A stretch of 64,000 nt of DNA from Rickettsiales bacterium. Lineage in GTDB: Bacteria > Pseudomonadota > Alphaproteobacteria > Rickettsiales > CANDYO01. This document shows, piece by piece, positions 1-10,783 of this stretch. The notes beneath the pieces are model-generated. The model saw only the letters and a list, made by a program, of their open reading frames with translations, was not told the origin of the DNA and did not search any database. The stretch's first letter is position 1; each line of letters starts with the position of its first letter. The position numbers and the translations under genes are program-made. The stretch covers positions 12,207 through 76,206 of the forward strand of contig JBASGW010000079.1 in assembly GCA_049653745.1 (NCBI GenBank). The letters are read 5' to 3'.

Positions 1-1
1 T

Positions 2-304
2 GGTGGTCAAAAACAACGAATCGCCATCGCCAGGGCTATTTTAAGAAACCCAAAAATATTACTACTAGACGAAGCTACCAGCTCACTTGATAATGAAAAT
101 GAACGCTTAGTTCAAGTTGCCTTAGATAGGTTAAAAGAAAATCGTTCTACAATAATAATAGCACATCGAATTTCAACAATTAAAAATGCTGATTTAATTA
201 TTGTGCTAGAAAAAGGTAAAATTCTTTCGCAAGGAACACATAAACAATTACTAGAAACTTGCCCTCTTTACCAGAAATTAAACCAAGAATATCTAATAAC
301 TTAA
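2..304 (+). CDS. ABC exporter ATP-binding domain, C-terminal fragment (5' end outside window)
   Basis: Frame 2 is open from the window edge and reads [30 protein letters not shown]...[11 protein letters not shown]. This is the ABC signature tail, Walker B and H-loop of an MsbA/T1SS-type ATPase. Stop TAA at 302-304. Confidence 0.8.
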   Translation, partial: GGQKQRIAIARAILRNPKILLLDEATSSLDNENERLVQVALDRLKENRSTIIIAHRISTIKNADLIIVLEKGKILSQGTHKQLLETCPLYQKLNQEYLIT

Positions 305-369
305 CTCTACCTAATCATCCTTTATAATGAATTAAGTAGAGTTTTTTAAAATGAACTTGTTATTGCGTA

Positions 370-3240
370 TTATACTTTAAACTCTTCTTTATAAACATCC
401 TTTAAATAATATCCAGTAATGCTTTCTGCTACATTAATAATATCTTCAGGAGATCCACAAGCAACTATTCTTCCACCTTTATCTCCACCCTCTGGCCCTA
501 CATCTATTATATAGTCAGCGGTTTTAATAACATCTAAATTATGCTCAATAACTAGAGCTGTATTTCCTAGGTCCACTAATTTATGGAGAACTTTTAATAA
601 CTTATGCACATCGTCAGCATGTAATCCTGTTGTTGGCTCATCTAATATATATAAAGTTCTTCCTGTAGATCTCTTAGAAAGCTCTTTTGCCAACTTTATT
701 CGTTGCGCCTCTCCTCCAGAAAGAGTTGTAGCTGATTGACCAATTTTAATATAGCCTAAACCAACATCTTGAAGGGCTTTTAACTTATCTGCTATTGCAG
801 GTATATTTAAAAATAATATCAAAGCATCATCAACGGTTAAGCTTAAAACATCAGATATTGAGTGATTTTTATATTTTATCTCTAAAGTTGATCTATTATA
901 TCTTGCTCCTTCACATTCCTCACATTTTACATAAACATCTGGTAAGAAATGCATTTCTATCTTTATTACCCCATCACCTTGACAAGATTCACATCTTCCA
1001 CCTTTTACGTTAAATGAAAATCTTCCAGCCTTATATCCTCTAGCTTTTGAATCAGGCAACTCTACAAACCAATCACGAACTGCATTGAATGCTCCGGTAT
1101 ATGTTGCTGGGTTAGATCTAGGAGTTCTACCGATGGGAGATTGATCTATCTCAATAACCTTATCAATATTATCAACGCCAGTTAAGGTTTCATATTTTCC
1201 TGGAGATACATTAGCTTTATCAATTTTCTTAATAATAGCTTTGTATAAGGTGTGAATAATTAAACTGGATTTTCCACCACCAGAAACTCCGGTAACACAA
1301 GTAAAAGTACCAAGAGGTATATTAATAGAAACGTCTTTTAAATTATTAACCTTAGCTCCGGTTAAGCTAATAACCTTATCTTTAGATAAGGGTCTTGTTT
1401 GTTTAGGTATTGGAATAAATTTTGTATTATTTAAATATTGCCCTGTAATACTACTAGGATTTTGCTTTACTTCCTCTGGGGTTCCTTGCGCTATTACTTG
1501 CCCTCCATGAACACCCGCTCCTGGACCAATATCTATTAGATGATCAGATGCTAACATTGTTTCATGGTCATGCTCAACAACAATAACTGTATTGCCTAAA
1601 TCTCTAAGATGAATAAGAGTGGAAATTAGCTTATTATTATCACGTTGATGCAGCCCTATTGAAGGCTCATCAAGAACATATAAAACCCCTGTAAGACCAG
1701 AACCAATCTGAGAAGCAAGGCGTATTCTTTGACTTTCTCCACCAGATAAAGTGCCAGATTCTCTAGATAATGTTAAATATTCTAAGCCTACATTATTTAA
1801 AAAACCAAGCCTCTCTATAATTTCTTTTAGAATTCTATCAGCAATCTTATTATGAGTACTATTCAGTTTAGCAGGTAATTCTTTAAACCAGTTAAGCACA
1901 TTAATTATTGTCATATGACTAACTTCACCAATATGACAATCAGCAACTTTAATACATAAAGATTCTGTTTTTAAACGATATCCATTACATACTTGGCATT
2001 TACGTTCTCGCTGGAAATTTCCATATTCCTCTTCTAACCAATCTTTATTATCATTTAAAGATTTATTAAGTGAAGGTATTACACCTTCAAATGGTTTAGT
2101 AACTGTTTGTTTACGCATACCATCACTATAATTCATAGTGATTTCTTCGTCACCAGAACCATATAAAATAATATTTCTAAATTCTTCAGACAATTTCTCA
2201 AATGGGGTAAAAATACTTTCACCATAATGCTGAGCTAAACTTTCTAATGCTTGTGTTTGATATTTAGTTTTAGAGTTTCTCCACGGAGCTATTGCACCGT
2301 CACTTAGAGAAAGACTATAGTCTGGAGCAACTAAAACAGGATCAAAAAATAACTCAACCCCTATTCCTTGACACTTAGAACAAGCACCAAAAGGACTATT
2401 AAATGAAAACATTCTAGGCTCAATTTCATTAATTTGGAAACCTGATATTGGACAAGAAAATTTTTCTGAGAAAATAAGTAAATGTCCAGCTTTAAAGGAT
2501 TCTGCTTTCTCACTTTCTATATCTTCTACTATTTCAATAAATATTAAGCCTTCGCCAATTTTTAGGGCTGCTTCAATGCTCTCATTTAAGCGGGCGCTTA
2601 CATTAGTATCAATAACTAAACGATCAACTACTATTTCTATGTCATGCTTTTTATTTTTATCAAGCACCGGCAAATCTTCTAATTCATAGATAATACTATC
2701 TATTCTTGCTCTTTGATAACCTTGTTTTCTAAACTGAAATAATTCCTTACGATGTTCTCCCTTCTGTCCTTTAACAATTGGAGCAAGAACATAAATTTTA
2801 CTTCCCTGAGGTAATTCTAAAATTGCATCAACTATTTGAACTGCGGTTTGACTTTTTATTGGCAAACCTGTAGCAGGTGAATAAGGAATACCTATACGCG
2901 CATAAAGTAACCTAATATAATCATATATTTCAGTTATGGTACCAACTGTAGATCTTGGATTGCGTGAAGTTGTTTTTTGATCAATTGCAATTGCTGGAGA
3001 AAGACCAGAAATAGATTCAACATTTGGTTTATTCTGCAGCTGAAGAAATTGCCTTGCATATGATGACAAACTTTCTACATATCTTCTTTGTCCTTCTGCA
3101 TAAATAGTATCAAACGCAAGCGAAGACTTCCCAGAACCACTAAGTCCAGTAATAACAACTAACTGATTTTTAGGAATGTCTATATTAACGTTTTTTAAAT
3201 TATGCTCTTTAGCACCTCTAACTTTAATATAATTATCCAT
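370..3240 (-). CDS. uvrA: Excinuclease ABC subunit A
   Basis: 956-aa ORF with [23 protein letters not shown], zinc-finger CxxC pairs, a second ABC module [10 protein letters not shown] and [12 protein letters not shown]. Confidence 0.97.
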   Translation of the reverse strand: MDNYIKVRGAKEHNLKNVNIDIPKNQLVVITGLSGSGKSSLAFDTIYAEGQRRYVESLSSYARQFLQLQNKPNVESISGLSPAIAIDQKTTSRNPRSTVGTITEIYDYIRLLYARIGIPYSPATGLPIKSQTAVQIVDAILELPQGSKIYVLAPIVKGQKGEHRKELFQFRKQGYQRARIDSIIYELEDLPVLDKNKKHDIEIVVDRLVIDTNVSARLNESIEAALKIGEGLIFIEIVEDIESEKAESFKAGHLLIFSEKFSCPISGFQINEIEPRMFSFNSPFGACSKCQGIGVELFFDPVLVAPDYSLSLSDGAIAPWRNSKTKYQTQALESLAQHYGESIFTPFEKLSEEFRNIILYGSGDEEITMNYSDGMRKQTVTKPFEGVIPSLNKSLNDNKDWLEEEYGNFQRERKCQVCNGYRLKTESLCIKVADCHIGEVSHMTIINVLNWFKELPAKLNSTHNKIADRILKEIIERLGFLNNVGLEYLTLSRESGTLSGGESQRIRLASQIGSGLTGVLYVLDEPSIGLHQRDNNKLISTLIHLRDLGNTVIVVEHDHETMLASDHLIDIGPGAGVHGGQVIAQGTPEEVKQNPSSITGQYLNNTKFIPIPKQTRPLSKDKVISLTGAKVNNLKDVSINIPLGTFTCVTGVSGGGKSSLIIHTLYKAIIKKIDKANVSPGKYETLTGVDNIDKVIEIDQSPIGRTPRSNPATYTGAFNAVRDWFVELPDSKARGYKAGRFSFNVKGGRCESCQGDGVIKIEMHFLPDVYVKCEECEGARYNRSTLEIKYKNHSISDVLSLTVDDALILFLNIPAIADKLKALQDVGLGYIKIGQSATTLSGGEAQRIKLAKELSKRSTGRTLYILDEPTTGLHADDVHKLLKVLHKLVDLGNTALVIEHNLDVIKTADYIIDVGPEGGDKGGRIVACGSPEDIINVAESITGYYLKDVYKEEFKV

Positions 3241-3350
3241 AAATTTATCTCTTCACTCTAAAAAATTATTTGTTCTTCTGTTATTTTGGGTATACATTAG
3301 TGTATATTATGTAACTGTTCAATTGATTTTAAAAATAATAAGGATTCAAA

Positions 3351-3794
3351 ATGGTAAATAGCATAAATAAAGTTACATTAGTTGGTAATGTAGGTCGTGA
3401 TCCAGAAATTAGAACCACTCAAGACGGAAAAGAGATTGCATCAATCACTCTTGCTACTTCTGAATCTTGGAAAGATAAAAGTTCAGGAGAGCGTAAAGAG
3501 CGAACAGAATGGCACCGCATTGTTATTTTTTCTGATGGACTTGTTAATATTGTAAAAAACTACGTTAAAAAAGGTAGCAAATTATATATAGAAGGCGCTT
3601 TACAAACTAGAAAATGGGTAGATAATTCTGGCGTTGAACGCTATACCACTGAGATTGTATTGCAAGGATACAGCGCTTCTTTACTAATGTTAGATAACAA
3701 TAAAAATCATTCTGATAATCAAAGTAGCAGCAGTAACAGCTCTTTTGGATCAAGCTTTAATGCAGAAGAAATAGATGATGAAATTCCATTTTAA
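3351..3794 (+). CDS. ssb: Single-stranded DNA-binding protein
   Basis: OB-fold N-terminus ([16 protein letters not shown]...TEWHRIVIF), a Ser-rich linker and the acidic tail DDEIPF. Confidence 0.95.
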   Translation: MVNSINKVTLVGNVGRDPEIRTTQDGKEIASITLATSESWKDKSSGERKERTEWHRIVIFSDGLVNIVKNYVKKGSKLYIEGALQTRKWVDNSGVERYTTEIVLQGYSASLLMLDNNKNHSDNQSSSSNSSFGSSFNAEEIDDEIPF

Positions 3795-3818
3795 TATTTT
3801 ATAAAGTTACTTTTTAAT

Positions 3819-5027
3819 ATGAGATCACGACAAAATTTTATTAAAATTCTTGTAATAGTTTTTGCTATATTTGCAATATTAAAAAGCCCTCAAAAACTAA
3901 AATTTAAAGAGCAAGCCGCTCCTAAATATGAATTTATAGAGGAAATAAAAAATACTTTAGATTTTATTACTACTGATCACAGACCTAATATTTCAAGCAA
4001 TAAAAATTCTCCCTTGCTTAAAGCAGAACAAGATCAACAGATCAAGGATACAAAGCAAGGGAACCTACCTCCTAATAATACTTCTATCACCAGGGCTCCT
4101 AAAGATGCTCTCAAAAGAAGTATTGGGTTACCAGTCTCTGTTAGTTCAAACCCAGATATTGCTAATATTCCACCTCCTGAGATAAAAAATGATCCAATCT
4201 CTAAAAACGAGATTGCTAAAACTTGGGTTGAAGACAAAATAATGGTTATAACTGACAATCTCCTTCATACAGAACAAGGGAGAAACCTACTTGAGAAATT
4301 TCTAAATAATAATGCTCCAGAAACCACCCCTTTAATCAAAGAACAAAAAAGCAAAGAGCTCTATCGTAATAATTCTGTAATTGACATTAATATTGGTAAA
4401 GGTGCCATTGTGGAGTGCGGCGATACCGTTAGTGTTAATTACACTACAAGACTAGTAAATGGACAAGTAATAGAAAATAACAATGATAATAAGCAGCCTT
4501 TTATTTTCCAAGTTGGCGATAAAAAGGTAATTAAAGGTCTAGAATATGCAGTTCTTGGCATGAAAGAAAATGGACAAAGAAGATTGGTTATTCCCCCTCA
4601 AATGGGATATAGCAAAATGTCTTCTCACGCCTTTGCTGGCAATGAGTTTGTAACACTTGATGTTGAATTGATAAATGTTATTTCAAATTCTAGCTATTTA
4701 GATGATAAAATCAGAATTTTTAGTAACACCGAAGACAATAAAAACTCTCCATTATACTGTAGTGAGCCTGTATATTTTAACTATACTCTTTCAACAGGAC
4801 AGAATAAAATTTTATATAAAAGCAAAGATCCTGCTTCTTTTGTTTTAGGCAGCAATAATGTGCCTCCAGCTATAAATAAAGCTTTTTCTAATATCAAGAA
4901 AAATTCTAAAAGAACCGCCATAATTCCAACTAACTTACTACGTAATAAAAAAATAAGTTTCCTCCCCCCTGATATTAAAATTCCTGATCAAGAGTTTGTT
5001 ATTTTAGACATTGAAACTACTAATTAA
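3819..5027 (+). CDS. Membrane-anchored FKBP-type peptidyl-prolyl isomerase (Mip-like) with one canonical and one degenerate FKBP domain
   Basis: N-terminal hydrophobic anchor ILVIVFAIFAIL. FKBP core GDTVSVNYTTRLVNGQV...FQVGDKKVIKGLEYAVLGMKENGQRRLVIPPQMGY. A second weaker FKBP-like repeat follows. Starts 24 nt downstream of ssb. Confidence 0.75.
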   Translation: MRSRQNFIKILVIVFAIFAILKSPQKLKFKEQAAPKYEFIEEIKNTLDFITTDHRPNISSNKNSPLLKAEQDQQIKDTKQGNLPPNNTSITRAPKDALKRSIGLPVSVSSNPDIANIPPPEIKNDPISKNEIAKTWVEDKIMVITDNLLHTEQGRNLLEKFLNNNAPETTPLIKEQKSKELYRNNSVIDINIGKGAIVECGDTVSVNYTTRLVNGQVIENNNDNKQPFIFQVGDKKVIKGLEYAVLGMKENGQRRLVIPPQMGYSKMSSHAFAGNEFVTLDVELINVISNSSYLDDKIRIFSNTEDNKNSPLYCSEPVYFNYTLSTGQNKILYKSKDPASFVLGSNNVPPAINKAFSNIKKNSKRTAIIPTNLLRNKKISFLPPDIKIPDQEFVILDIETTN

Positions 5028-5354
5028 AAGATTGACTAAATTACATTTTGAACGATTAAAATAACATACCATAAATTTGTAGACATATATTTAGTAATTG
5101 AGGAAAGATTAAATAGGTTAAAACTAGAACTGATATTTTCTTCGTAACAGAATAATTTATAAGATTACAGACATAGTGATATTTGGTTCAGAGCTCAGCT
5201 CCTCAGAAATTACTTCTAACTTATTAGAACTTTAATGAAAATCTAACCTTTAAATATTACATAACCTCAAAAGGTAAACTAGAAATTCTATTAAAATTAA
5301 GGAGGTAAAGCTAGCCTTATGCTCTCTTCCCTCCTTAATATATTGAAAACCTAC

Positions 5355-7118
5355 TTAGTTTATCGCCCTTTTCCCGCCGTGTTTTGGTCCTGGCTTTATT
5401 CCTCCAGGTCCTATTGGAGCCCTTCCTTTTGAATCAAATTTACCAGTAGCTTGCACCTGTTCTGTTTGTGGCTCAGCAACGGGTATATTCTTGTTTGCTT
5501 TATATTCTTTGTATTCTTGAGCTATACTTCCAGCTTGAATAATTTGGTTACGTTCTTTTCTATTTTTTACCATACCTACTATTTCTTGATAACCACTTAT
5601 AAACTGCTCTTCATTTTTAAGCTTAGCAACACGTGTATACTGAGCTGCAGCTCTTTTAGCTTGGTCAGCTCTTTCAAAAATTAATTTAGGCTCTGCTCCA
5701 GCACTTAATAGCAAATCCACCGCCTCTTTATTTTGACAGTAGGCCGCCATATCAAGCAATCCTCTTCCTAGCGGATCCTTTTGTTTTATTATATTTTTAT
5801 CTGCCTTAATAATATTACTTAAAGCGGCCATATCACCTTCATGAATAGCTTTTCTTGCATCAAGATTCACTCCAAATTCATTAGGAGTGGCCTTCATAGG
5901 AGTAGCATTCACAACTTTATTAAGTTGTTGAGTTTCAGCAACTGCATATCCCATATATGGAGCAATTGTATCATAACCATACTTAGCATATCCATGCAAA
6001 GTGTCATAAATACCTGGAGCTTGCTTCATTTGATCAGAAACTTCTTTAAGCTGCTCTAACGATAGTTTTCTTTTTAAATAACTAGATTTCTCTTGAAATT
6101 CATTTACAGGAATTTCTAAAATATCAGCTTTAGCACCATTTTTAATCAATATCCTAGCATTATCAATATTTCCAGAAGCTATAGCATAAAATAACGGAGA
6201 ATTTCCTCTATCATCTAGAGCATTTATATCATAACCAGATCCAACTAGGTCCTTTACATCTTGCGGACTTCCAGAAGAAGCTATCTGATGCAATCTGCTA
6301 TAACCATGCTCTTCTTGCATATATACAGCATTATATGATTTAGCAACCTGAAAATTTTTCTCAGCTTGCTCCTGATTCACATTACTTTCTTTAAATGGCC
6401 TATCAATAATTAATTTGGTATCTACTGTACCTAGATTACTAACTTCAGCTCCATTAAATGCTAATAATTTCGCAACTTCGATATTATTTTCTAAACAGGC
6501 ATGTTGCAATGGACTATAGCCCTTTGCATCTAGAGCATTAACATCAGCTCCAGCTCTTATTAAAGTATCTATTAATTCTTTATCATTTAAGATAGTTGCC
6601 ACATGCAACAAAGTTAAACCCTGCATTTTAGGCAAAGGCTCGTTAACATTAATATCTTTAATATTAGCTTTAATTAACGCTCCAATCCCTTTAGATATAG
6701 CTTCTTTATCTTCTGAATTGGAAATATGTGCAGTTAGCCTAATATTAACTAGTTTATTTAAAACCTCTGCACTATTTTCTACTTTTGTACCACCAGAATC
6801 AAAACTACTCAAAAGACTCTTAGCTTCATTAACATTCTTTTTTGAAGTTTCAACAATCTGAGCAGCATTATTTTGCCATTCTTTATCTTTTTGCTTCTCT
6901 CTCTCATTACGTTGTTTTTCACGCTCAGGATCAGCATAATGTGGCCCACCACGAACACGACCTCCCACTGCTTTTACAAAATTATTTATGTCTTGTGGAG
7001 TTAAGCTCTTAGTTAAGTCTCCCGTAACCTGAGCTTGCTGCTCAATAGGCTGAGCATTTGCATTAGCTATTCTATCCATAGCTAGCAGAGCCATAACTAT
7101 TATTTTATTTAGATTCAC
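5355..7118 (-). CDS. Ankyrin-repeat protein with N-terminal signal peptide
   Basis: Signal-like MNLNKIIVMALLAMDRIANANAQ. Several ANK units (GLTLLHVATILNDKELIDTLIRAGADVNALD, GYSPLQHACLENNIEVAKLLAFNGA, GNSPLFYAIASGNIDNARILIKNGA). Gly/Lys-rich basic C-terminal tail. Confidence 0.8.
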   Translation of the reverse strand: MNLNKIIVMALLAMDRIANANAQPIEQQAQVTGDLTKSLTPQDINNFVKAVGGRVRGGPHYADPEREKQRNEREKQKDKEWQNNAAQIVETSKKNVNEAKSLLSSFDSGGTKVENSAEVLNKLVNIRLTAHISNSEDKEAISKGIGALIKANIKDINVNEPLPKMQGLTLLHVATILNDKELIDTLIRAGADVNALDAKGYSPLQHACLENNIEVAKLLAFNGAEVSNLGTVDTKLIIDRPFKESNVNQEQAEKNFQVAKSYNAVYMQEEHGYSRLHQIASSGSPQDVKDLVGSGYDINALDDRGNSPLFYAIASGNIDNARILIKNGAKADILEIPVNEFQEKSSYLKRKLSLEQLKEVSDQMKQAPGIYDTLHGYAKYGYDTIAPYMGYAVAETQQLNKVVNATPMKATPNEFGVNLDARKAIHEGDMAALSNIIKADKNIIKQKDPLGRGLLDMAAYCQNKEAVDLLLSAGAEPKLIFERADQAKRAAAQYTRVAKLKNEEQFISGYQEIVGMVKNRKERNQIIQAGSIAQEYKEYKANKNIPVAEPQTEQVQATGKFDSKGRAPIGPGGIKPGPKHGGKRAIN

Positions 7119-7305
7119 TGATTTTCTCCTTTTTCAATTCATTAAAAATTCCGTAATATTAATTGTATCACAACTTTAAATTGAAATACTATGATTATTT
7201 TTTACTTTATTAAAATTTCAATAATCTTAGAATTCATTTATTGTTGTTTTTGATTGCAATTAGCTATATATTGACGCTTCAATTTATATTCTCACAATAA
7301 TTATT

Positions 7306-8049
7306 ATGGACGACTTACTAGTTTTACCACTAATTCATTATTTTTATTCTTTAAATGGAGAAATTCTATCCCTCATTTCTTTTACTATTGGAGTGATAGT
7401 GATGCTGGTTATGCTTCGCTTCTTTGGTGTATCTGGGCTTTATGTTTATAGTGCCGCAGCTACTATAATGGCCAATATCCAAGTTTTAAAACTCATGAAT
7501 TCATCGCTTCTCTCAGAGCCAGTTGCTTTAGGAACAGCCACATTTTCCACAATATTTCTTGCTAATGATATTATTACCGAACATTATGGAGTAGAAGCAG
7601 CTAAAAAAAATATTTGGCTTAGTTTTGCTACCCAAATATTAGTAGCAGCAACTATGATTACTGTTATTGGTTTTAAACCCATAGCTAATGATACAGCTCA
7701 TGATGCCATTTCTGCTTTATTTCTTCCAGCCCCCAGGATATTAATAGCCAGCTTAGCGGCATTTGTTATCAGCCAATTATTTAATATTTCTATATTTCAA
7801 TGGCTTTCTAAATTATGTAAAGAGAAAATGCTCTGGCTTAGAAGTAATATAGCTTTAATGTCTTCTGAATTATTAGACAATATTATATTTAGCACCTTAG
7901 CTTGGGTTATTTTATCTCCTAATCCTGTAGGGACAAACACTTTAATCTATACTTACATTCTAGGAACTTATATTCTAAGAGTAGTTTTTGCTTTATTTTC
8001 AACTCCTGTTATTTATTGGAGTTATTATTTTAAATCTGAGGAAACATGA
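7306..8049 (+). CDS. yhhQ: Queuosine-precursor/queuine transporter, YhhQ (VUT/DUF165) family
   Basis: 247-aa polytopic membrane protein with YhhQ-like segments (ANDIITEHYG, SQLFNISIFQW, LLDNIIFS). ATGA overlap with tgt. Confidence 0.75.
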   Translation: MDDLLVLPLIHYFYSLNGEILSLISFTIGVIVMLVMLRFFGVSGLYVYSAAATIMANIQVLKLMNSSLLSEPVALGTATFSTIFLANDIITEHYGVEAAKKNIWLSFATQILVAATMITVIGFKPIANDTAHDAISALFLPAPRILIASLAAFVISQLFNISIFQWLSKLCKEKMLWLRSNIALMSSELLDNIIFSTLAWVILSPNPVGTNTLIYTYILGTYILRVVFALFSTPVIYWSYYFKSEET

Positions 8050-9227
8050 GTAATTTTTCTTTTAAATTTCATTGCCCTAATCCAAATTCAAAAATGCGCA
8101 TAGGAGAATTGCAAACTCCACATGGAACCGTACAAACGCCTGCATTTATTTTTTGCGCTACAAAAGCTTCCATAAAAGGATTGCATCCAGCACAAATGGT
8201 AGAAGAAAACACTCAATTTATTTTGGCCAATACTTATCATTTAATGTTGCAGCCGGGTCCTGAAATAATAGAAAAAGCCGGTGGATTGCATAAATTTATG
8301 GGATGGAACGGACCAATGCTTACTGACTCTGGTGGTTTCCAGATTTTTAGCTTAGGTCATGGCTCCGTAGCTTCAGAAATAAAAGGCAAAAGAATAAATA
8401 ATCGCCCACAAACTTTATTAAAAATTACCGAAGAAGGAGCAAAATTTCGCTCTTATATTGATGGGAAAACTCACTTTCTTAGCCCGGAACGTTCTATTGA
8501 AATTCAAAGAATGCTAGGGCCAGATTTTGTAGTGGTTTTAGATGAATGCACCCCTTTTCATGTTGATAAAAAATACACCCTAAATTCTATGAGAATGAGC
8601 CACCGTTGGGCAACTCGTAGCTTAAATGAATTTACTAAACATGATAATGGTAAGCAAAAATTATATGGCATAATTCAAGGTGGTGTTTATCCAGATTTAC
8701 GCAAAGAAAGCTGTGAATATGTGAATTCTCAGAATTTCTTTGGTCATGCTATTGGCGGATCACTAGGCGCCGATAAAAACCAGATGTATGATGTGGTGGC
8801 AATGGCGGCAGAGATTTTAGATCGCAATCGACCAATTCACTTATTAGGAATAGGTGGAGTTTCAGATGTTTTTAATGGCGTTGAACAAGGAGTTGATACC
8901 TTTGACTGCGTTCATCCAACAAGGTTAGCACGTCATGGAGGTGCTCTGGCAAGACCAGAAAATAGAACCAATCAAACTAAAGAGCATATTAATTTAAATA
9001 ATAGCCAATATAAGACTGATTTCACTCCTATTGAGCCGGATTGTTTATGCCACACCTGTAAAAATCATACTAAAGCTTATATTCATCATTTACTTAAAGC
9101 AAAAGAACTCTTGGCTGCAGCACTTTTAACTATTCATAACGTAAATTTTATGAATAGATTAATGAGTAGCGTTAGAGAAGCAATTAGAAACGATAGTTTG
9201 GCTCAAGAAAAAAAGCGCTGGATATAA
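8046..9227 (+). CDS. tgt: tRNA-guanine transglycosylase
   Basis: LTDSGGFQ, VLDECT and TFDCVHPTR (catalytic Asp), plus the Zn site CLCHTC...H. Confidence 0.93.
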   Translation: MSNFSFKFHCPNPNSKMRIGELQTPHGTVQTPAFIFCATKASIKGLHPAQMVEENTQFILANTYHLMLQPGPEIIEKAGGLHKFMGWNGPMLTDSGGFQIFSLGHGSVASEIKGKRINNRPQTLLKITEEGAKFRSYIDGKTHFLSPERSIEIQRMLGPDFVVVLDECTPFHVDKKYTLNSMRMSHRWATRSLNEFTKHDNGKQKLYGIIQGGVYPDLRKESCEYVNSQNFFGHAIGGSLGADKNQMYDVVAMAAEILDRNRPIHLLGIGGVSDVFNGVEQGVDTFDCVHPTRLARHGGALARPENRTNQTKEHINLNNSQYKTDFTPIEPDCLCHTCKNHTKAYIHHLLKAKELLAAALLTIHNVNFMNRLMSSVREAIRNDSLAQEKKRWI

Positions 9228-9241
9228 AAAATTTATATCCA
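9219..9241 (+). terminator. Perfect 10-bp stem hairpin overlapping the tgt stop
   Basis: TGGATATAAA-AA-TTTATATCCA read directly. AT-rich stem without a long T-run. Confidence 0.45.
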
Positions 9242-9356
9242 TTATCTTTCTCTATTATAGTTTACATAAATTACTTCAACTATTGATTTAATTTCTATAA
9301 TAATTTACCATCAAAGGGATAAAAAGTTTTAACCTAAGAGCAAGGAAGCTAAAAAT

Positions 9357-9596
9357 ATGAAAAATAATATTTATAATAAACTTAAGCTAGAAGGAAAAGC
9401 ATTACCTGAAAAATCTATAGAAGACTTGCAAAAAAAAATTGACCATGCTCAATTACTAGAGGAACTAGATAAGATAACCAATCCAAATCTAAAACGAATA
9501 AGCAATGGCCCAGAGGGGGAACAAAGATGGGAATTAACAATAAATAGATCTAACAAAAAAATAAAAAAAGATCATAATCAAGTCCCAAGTCGTTAA
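9357..9596 (+). CDS. Hypothetical small basic protein (79 aa)
   Basis: ORF preceded by AAGGAAG about 8 nt upstream. No recognisable motif. Confidence 0.35.
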   Translation: MKNNIYNKLKLEGKALPEKSIEDLQKKIDHAQLLEELDKITNPNLKRISNGPEGEQRWELTINRSNKKIKKDHNQVPSR

Positions 9597-9694
9597 TTTA
9601 TAGATTCAAGCTTGATCATTTTAGGTTAACTTAAGTTATAACCACTAGTATATACTTGATTTTTCTTATATTGCAGACGCTATTAGAAAATATC

Positions 9695-10783
9695 TTATCT
9701 TGTCTTTAGGGTTAAGAGTCCTAAAATGGCAAATATTACTGCTATTATCCAGAATCTGGTCACCACTTTTGATTCACTCCAACCAGATTTTTCAAAATGA
9801 TGATGAATTGGTGCCATTTTAAAGAATCTCTTACCCTTAGTAAATCTATAATAATAAACTTGGATAATCACTGATAAAGCTTCTATAACAAATAAACCAC
9901 CAATTATGGCCAACAAAAATTCTTGCTTAACAATCACACTGATTGCACCTATAGCTCCACCACAAGCTAAACTTCCTACATCACCCATAAAAATTTCAGC
10001 TGGCTGGGCATTATACCATAAGAAGCCAAGCCCGGCGCCAATTAAAGCCGAACAAAACACCGCTAACTCAGCACTATTTTCTACAAATTGAATTTGTAAA
10101 TATGCAGCAAACTTAGAACTTCCTGTTAAATAGGCGATTAAAGCAAAGCATGCTGTGGCAATAATTATAGGAACTATAGCCAAACCATCAAGACCATCTG
10201 TTAAATTAACTGCATTAGATGACCCTATTATTACCACCATAATGAATGGTAGATAAAACCAGCCTAAATCAAGCAAGATTTTTTTGAACAATGGTATAGT
10301 TATATGAGAATCATATGAGCTATCTGCTACAGACTGAATCCACAACCCTGCAACTATAGCTATTATTGCCTGAAATAATAGTTTCGCCTTTCCTGGAACT
10401 CCTTTGGTATTATATTTAGAAACTTTAAGATAATCATCAATAAATCCTAAACCCGCATAACTTATTGTTACAAACATAACTATCCAAAGATAAGAATTAT
10501 TTAAATCTCCCCATAATAAACAAGAACTTATAACTGAAAAAATAATTGCTAACCCACCCATTGTTGGTGTTCCAGCTTTTGCTAGATGCTGTTGTGGACC
10601 ATCATCCCTAATTGGCTGTCCTTTATTGTATTTATTGCGTAAGTAGCCAATTAAGTGAGGAATCACAATTAGCGCAATAACAAGCGAAGTTAAAAGAGCT
10701 CCAGCACTACGAAAAGTTATATAACGAAATAAGTTAAAAATTTGGAAATTTTCTGCCAGAGGATGAAATACTTTATAGAGCAT
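9695..10783 (-). CDS. mraY: Phospho-N-acetylmuramoyl-pentapeptide transferase
   Basis: Polytopic MraY motifs (KAGTPTMGG, NAVNLTDGLDGLA, MGDVGSL, APIHHHFE). ATG at 10783 is preferred over GTG at 10798 because AAGGA lies 8 nt upstream. Overlaps the murF stop. Confidence 0.95.
   Translation of the reverse strand: MLYKVFHPLAENFQIFNLFRYITFRSAGALLTSLVIALIVIPHLIGYLRNKYNKGQPIRDDGPQQHLAKAGTPTMGGLAIIFSVISSCLLWGDLNNSYLWIVMFVTISYAGLGFIDDYLKVSKYNTKGVPGKAKLLFQAIIAIVAGLWIQSVADSSYDSHITIPLFKKILLDLGWFYLPFIMVVIIGSSNAVNLTDGLDGLAIVPIIIATACFALIAYLTGSSKFAAYLQIQFVENSAELAVFCSALIGAGLGFLWYNAQPAEIFMGDVGSLACGGAIGAISVIVKQEFLLAIIGGLFVIEALSVIIQVYYYRFTKGKRFFKMAPIHHHFEKSGWSESKVVTRFWIIAVIFAILGLLTLKTR

Noticed and set aside
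3291-3306. TATACA-TTAG-TGTATA palindrome in the divergent uvrA/ssb promoter region, considered as a possible SOS (LexA) operator.
   Set aside because: It does not match the alphaproteobacterial GTTC-N7-GTTC box or the CTGT-N8-ACAG box. Short AT-rich palindromes are expected by chance here, and many reduced intracellular genomes lack lexA.
5028-5354. The 327-bp spacer between the convergent FKBP and ankyrin genes, considered as a possible sRNA or SRP/tmRNA locus.
   Set aside because: No conserved SRP, tmRNA or 6S motifs are visible. The only structure is an AAGGAGG...CCTCCTT hairpin (about 5301-5340), consistent with the ankyrin gene terminator. I cannot support an RNA gene by eye.
7119-7305. 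A preQ1 riboswitch upstream of yhhQ, as is common for queuosine-precursor transporters.
   Set aside because: I could not find the AGAGGUUC...CCCUCUAUAAAAAACUAA-type core or a compact pseudoknot-forming segment. The region looks like plain AT-rich promoter DNA. A covariance-model scan (Rfam RF00522/RF01054) would settle it.
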